Below are positions 60,593 through 64,000 of a stretch of DNA of 64,000 nt, one piece after another. Below the pieces are notes generated by a model, which saw nothing but the letters and a program-made list of their open reading frames with translations, did no database searches and was not told where the DNA came from. The DNA is taken from the NCBI GenBank assembly GCA_963921275.4, contig OZ001293.3, positions 416,001 to 480,000 on the forward strand, given 5' to 3'. Numbering within the stretch: the stretch's first letter is position 1; every line of letters starts with the position of its first letter. Source of the DNA: an uncultured Hormoscilla sp. GTDB lineage: Bacteria > Cyanobacteriota > Cyanobacteriia > Cyanobacteriales > Desertifilaceae. A program made the position numbers and the translations under genes.

Positions 60593-61675
60593 ATGTTGCG
60601 ATCGTTTACAATCAATAATTTTCGTTGCTTTCAGCAATTAACGGTCACTCCCCTGGAACGGGTGAACTTAATTGCGGGCAAGAATAACCTTGGCAAAACC
60701 TCACTGCTAGAGGCGATTTTTATTTTCATCAACCCAACCAATCCCAAAGTGCTATTTCAGGTAAATCGCCTGCGGGGGATACCGGGTAAAGGGTCATTTG
60801 AAGCTATTGAAGCAATGAGAGGATTTTTATTCGACCAAGAGAGAAACAAAATTATTGAACTTAGCACAGCAGAGGAGAAAGACCAGACAGGTTTTCTACA
60901 GATTTTTTTAGATGAATCAGACTCGGAACATAATCCCGAGGATCCCAGTTTATTTGATGAAGATATTCCTGGTAATTTTCCAGCGAATCAATCACTAACA
61001 ACCGAAGTCAGGTCATACGATCGGTTAGTGCTAGAGTATCAAGACAAAACTGATGAAAAAAACACATCGCGCGTATATTGGCAAGCAGGATACCAGGCCC
61101 GGACTCGACGCGAAAAATTTCCTTTAGGGATATATATTACGAGTAGCACCCGCTCTCCAAAAGAAGATGCAGAGCGTTTTAGTAAGCTGGAACGAGTAGG
61201 GCGACAAGCAGAAATTTTAGAAACTCTACGCTTACTGGAACCTCGCCTACAGCGACTTAGCTTACTGGTTGTCGATGGCGAACCCATTATCCACGGTGAT
61301 ATCGGGATGAGCGAACTCGTGCCACTACCGCTAATGGGAGAAGGACTGGGACGTTTGCTTTCAATTATATTAGCGATCGCCCATGCTCAAGGTGGTACAA
61401 TTCTCATTGACGAGATTGAAAATGGTTTGCATTACTCAGTGATGACTGATGTTTGGAAGGCGATCGCCGATGCTGCACGCCGCGCGGATACGCAGATATT
61501 TGCTACCACCCACAGTCAGGAATGCATTCGCGCAGCGCACAAAGCATTTGATAGTAGCGAAACCTATGATTTCCGCTACCACAGACTCGAACTGGTCAAG
61601 AATGAAATTCAAGCAGTCACTTACGACCGGGAAACCTTGGCTACCTCTGATGAAATGGACTTGGAGATACGCTGA
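60593..61675 (+). CDS. AAA/ABC-type ATPase (AAA_15/AAA_21)
   Basis: INNFRCF, GKNNLGKT, MGEGLGRLL, LIDEIENGLH, FATTHS; intact. Confidence 0.88.
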   Translation: MLRSFTINNFRCFQQLTVTPLERVNLIAGKNNLGKTSLLEAIFIFINPTNPKVLFQVNRLRGIPGKGSFEAIEAMRGFLFDQERNKIIELSTAEEKDQTGFLQIFLDESDSEHNPEDPSLFDEDIPGNFPANQSLTTEVRSYDRLVLEYQDKTDEKNTSRVYWQAGYQARTRREKFPLGIYITSSTRSPKEDAERFSKLERVGRQAEILETLRLLEPRLQRLSLLVVDGEPIIHGDIGMSELVPLPLMGEGLGRLLSIILAIAHAQGGTILIDEIENGLHYSVMTDVWKAIADAARRADTQIFATTHSQECIRAAHKAFDSSETYDFRYHRLELVKNEIQAVTYDRETLATSDEMDLEIR

Positions 61676-62286
61676 TGACTAGCAGTTCAAAACTCTCTAA
61701 ACCGAAACTACTTATTGGTGAAGGAAGAGAAGAAGTGCTATTTTTCAATGCATTGCTGACCCATTTTCACATCAGCGACGTGCAAGTCGAACAGTACGGC
61801 GGTAAACAAGCGCTTGGTAGTTATCTTAAAACCCTGAAGGTGCGATCGGGTTATCAGGAAGTTGTGTCCCTAGGGATCGCGCGGGACGCAGATGATTCTG
61901 CTCATAATGCATTCCAGAGTGTATGTGGAGCATTAAACCGTGCTGAACTAGCTGTGCCGAGTAAGTCTGGAGAACTTACTGGAAACAGTCCCCAAATCAG
62001 CGTAATAATTCTTCCAGATGATGAAAACCCCGGCATGTTGGAAGATCTTTGTCTAGAAGCAGTTCGTACCGATCCAGTTCTGCAATGTATAGATGAGTAT
62101 TTCCAGTGTGTTAATAATATAGCGGAACGACAACAACCGAAAAATATGGCAAAGGCACGGGTACATGCATGGTTGTCCTCACAGGTGGAGCCGGACAAAC
62201 GTCTGGGAGAAGCCGCGAAGGCTGGTTATTTGCCCTGGGATAGCCCTGGGTTTAATCGCCTCAAGCAATTTTTGCAAGCTCTGTGA
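61675..62286 (+). CDS. DUF3226-like (TOPRIM-like) partner protein
   Basis: LLIGEG, GIARDAD, PGMLEDLC; coupled to the ATPase by TGATG. Confidence 0.75.
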   Translation: MTSSSKLSKPKLLIGEGREEVLFFNALLTHFHISDVQVEQYGGKQALGSYLKTLKVRSGYQEVVSLGIARDADDSAHNAFQSVCGALNRAELAVPSKSGELTGNSPQISVIILPDDENPGMLEDLCLEAVRTDPVLQCIDEYFQCVNNIAERQQPKNMAKARVHAWLSSQVEPDKRLGEAAKAGYLPWDSPGFNRLKQFLQAL

Positions 62287-62361
62287 TAATATATGGGAAC
62301 CCAGGCAATGGCCGATCGCACGTATAATCAGATCGGTTAAGTTAAGCGGAGATTGCTGAAT

Positions 62362-62592
62362 ATGTCGTCAGAAAACATTACCACAGTCATTCAAATGATG
62401 GAATCTTTACCGGAAGCTGCTCAAGCGCAACTAATAGATCATCTCCGAGAATATATCGAAAATTTGCGTGACGAGCTTGAGTGGGATAATTTATTCGAGA
62501 AAACCCAAAGTCAATTAATTAATGCTGCTCAACAAGCACGACAAGACATAGCGGCAGGAAAAGCACAACCAATGGACTATGACCAATTATGA
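62362..62592 (+). CDS. Small putative antitoxin
   Basis: DELEWDNLF..ARQDIAAGKAQPMD; overlaps a toxin-like frame (ATGA). Confidence 0.6.
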   Translation: MSSENITTVIQMMESLPEAAQAQLIDHLREYIENLRDELEWDNLFEKTQSQLINAAQQARQDIAAGKAQPMDYDQL

Positions 62593-62849
62593 AATCTGCA
62601 ACCTTACCATCCTTTTGGAAAAATTACCGGTCTCTAGATTTCAAGATTCGACAACAAGCCAGAAAAGCTTATCGCTTATAAAGACAAAATCATTTTCATC
62701 CATCTTGGCGTTTTAAGTGTATCAATCGTGCCGAAAACATCTGGTCTGTTAGAATCACATTGGGTTATCGAGCGCTTGGTATTCTTGAAGATGATACTGT
62801 TACTTGGTTTGGGATTGGCAATCATGATTCTTATCAGCAATTTGTCTAA
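62589..62849 (+). pseudogene. RelE/ParE-like toxin with internal stop
   Basis: MKSATLPSFW..ARKAYRL*..HPS..FK..IWSVRI..YRALG..WFGIGNHD; TAA at 62679. Confidence 0.7.
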
Positions 62850-62938
62850 GGATACTGCTTTATGCAAAATCTAACGCACCCGAAAATGTACCTACCATAT
62901 CCAGAGCGATGTTCAAGGAATTTTAGAAGGAGAAAAAG

Positions 62939-63167
62939 ATGAATAAAAAGCATCAAACCAAACTTGTCTATGAAGGAGAATATCTAGCTGAAGTTGACAT
63001 CTTTACGATCGCGCTGCGCGATCGAAACCCCTGAAGGATGGTCGCCCTACTTATCTTTAGAGGATGCTCAAAAGTTGGATGAAGTCCGCGAGGCACTTCG
63101 TCAAGGCGATCTGACCACAGCAACGAAATTGGCCCGTGTTTTCCATATTATTCCTGTTCCTGTTTAA
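62939..63167 (+). pseudogene. Small hypothetical protein frameshifted by a 13-nt insert at a CGATC site
   Basis: TKLVYEGEYLAEVD..GWSPYLSLEDAQKLDEVREALRQGD; ACGATC-GCGCTGCGCGATC-GAA. Confidence 0.6.
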
Positions 63168-63170
63168 GCC

Positions 63171-63617
63171 TTAAAACACGCTCAGATGCAAATTTCGTGC
63201 CAGTTGTTCTAACAGAAACAAACCCGCGACAGAGTTTCCTGCTGCATCGATCGGGGGACTGTAACAAGCGATCGCTCCCTCTCCTGGCACAACTGACAAT
63301 AGCGCCCCACTCACTCCTGACTTAGTGGGAAGTCCCACCTGCACTGCAAAGCTTCCAGAACTTTCATACAAACCGCAGGTAGTCATTAATGCCTTGACAA
63401 TGCGGCAGTTTTCTGCTAATACTCGATCTCCAAATGGTACTAGCAGCATGCCCAAACTGGCTAAATCCCCAACAGTTCCAGCCAGACAACATAGCTGATT
63501 ATAGGTATCTATAGTAACCGCTGCTGATGCTTGCAGATAACCAGCATCAGCTATTTCGTAGGCGATCGCGATATTGGTTTCATTCCGGAGACTGCGCACT
63601 GATTCTAATATTAACTG
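63171..63617 (-). CDS. glsA: Glutaminase, 3' exon (5' exon beyond the intron, outside the window)
   Basis: YNQLCC, ALMTTCGLYESSG.FA..VGLPTKSGVSG, IACYSPPIDAAGNSVAG. Confidence 0.85.
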   Translation of the reverse strand, partial: QLILESVRSLRNETNIAIAYEIADAGYLQASAAVTIDTYNQLCCLAGTVGDLASLGMLLVPFGDRVLAENCRIVKALMTTCGLYESSGSFAVQVGLPTKSGVSGALLSVVPGEGAIACYSPPIDAAGNSVAGLFLLEQLARNLHLSVF

Positions 63618-64000
63618 GTCGGGGTCGAGCTGGGAATCACTCCCCAACCCTCCAAGAGGGGAACCGGACTTGCGACTTTCACCGCTGGGGCTTGTCCTTA
63701 GGCATATCATCATCAATAATTAGGTTACCCCGTATTCCCCTTACCCTCTGTAATTTTACCCCTTATGGTCAATCCTATTGGACCGTTAATGATTTCAGCT
63801 CCGGAAGGTATGCGCTGCGCGCACGCTGCGCGATCGCGGAGGGTAGTTCAGCAAACCATTCTAGCCGCTCTTCTCTAACATTTCCCCATTCTGGCAATTT
63901 ATCGGGGCTCTGAACTTTACCCGGCTGAGACTCTAGTCCATATTCATACTTTTGGATTTCTCCTAAGTTTTGCGACGTGTTAGGGCTACTTTCACCAAAG
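63618..64000 (-). mobile_element. ORF-less group II intron (copy B, 3' part) interrupting glutaminase
   Basis: Nearly identical to 27542-27924 (about 3 substitutions seen); ends CTCGACCCCGAC exactly where the glutaminase frame resumes. Confidence 0.9.

Noticed and set aside
63618..63716. N-terminus of ORF 63171..63716 (MMMICLRTSP...) as part of glutaminase
   Set aside because: It is intron DV-DVI sequence; the same peptide appears at 27458..27640

Overview
This is 64 kb of a filamentous cyanobacterial chromosome, judged by abundant HIP1 GCGATCGC sites and cyanobacterial orthologues. The genome is eroding. Core genes are intact (pgk, rbgA/ylqF, fba class II, sir, icd, panD, DUF92, DUF3352). 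Many accessory genes carry stops, frameshifts or deletions: two phoX, an FHA-GAF adenylate cyclase, rsmE, a YdcF protein, several AAA ATPases, an Rpn-like gene and a SNF2/DUF1156/DUF499 restriction-like operon. Mobile DNA is dense. There are IS elements and remnants (ISKra4, two IS5, ISAs1, IS982, IS4-like) and five group II intron sequences. These are one RT-encoding but frameshifted intron inserted antisense into another intron's 3' remnant, plus three ORF-less introns. Two of the ORF-less introns are near-identical, and one of those interrupts a glutaminase gene. The most unusual layer is several families of 13-115 bp 'very small' mobile elements. They insert at fixed motifs (CGATC, CCGA), usually add a multiple of 3 nt, nest inside each other, and add peptide segments to otherwise intact proteins. 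No CRISPR array, rRNA or tRNA was seen. The host-restricted (symbiont-like) interpretation and all family names are inferred by eye, not from searches.
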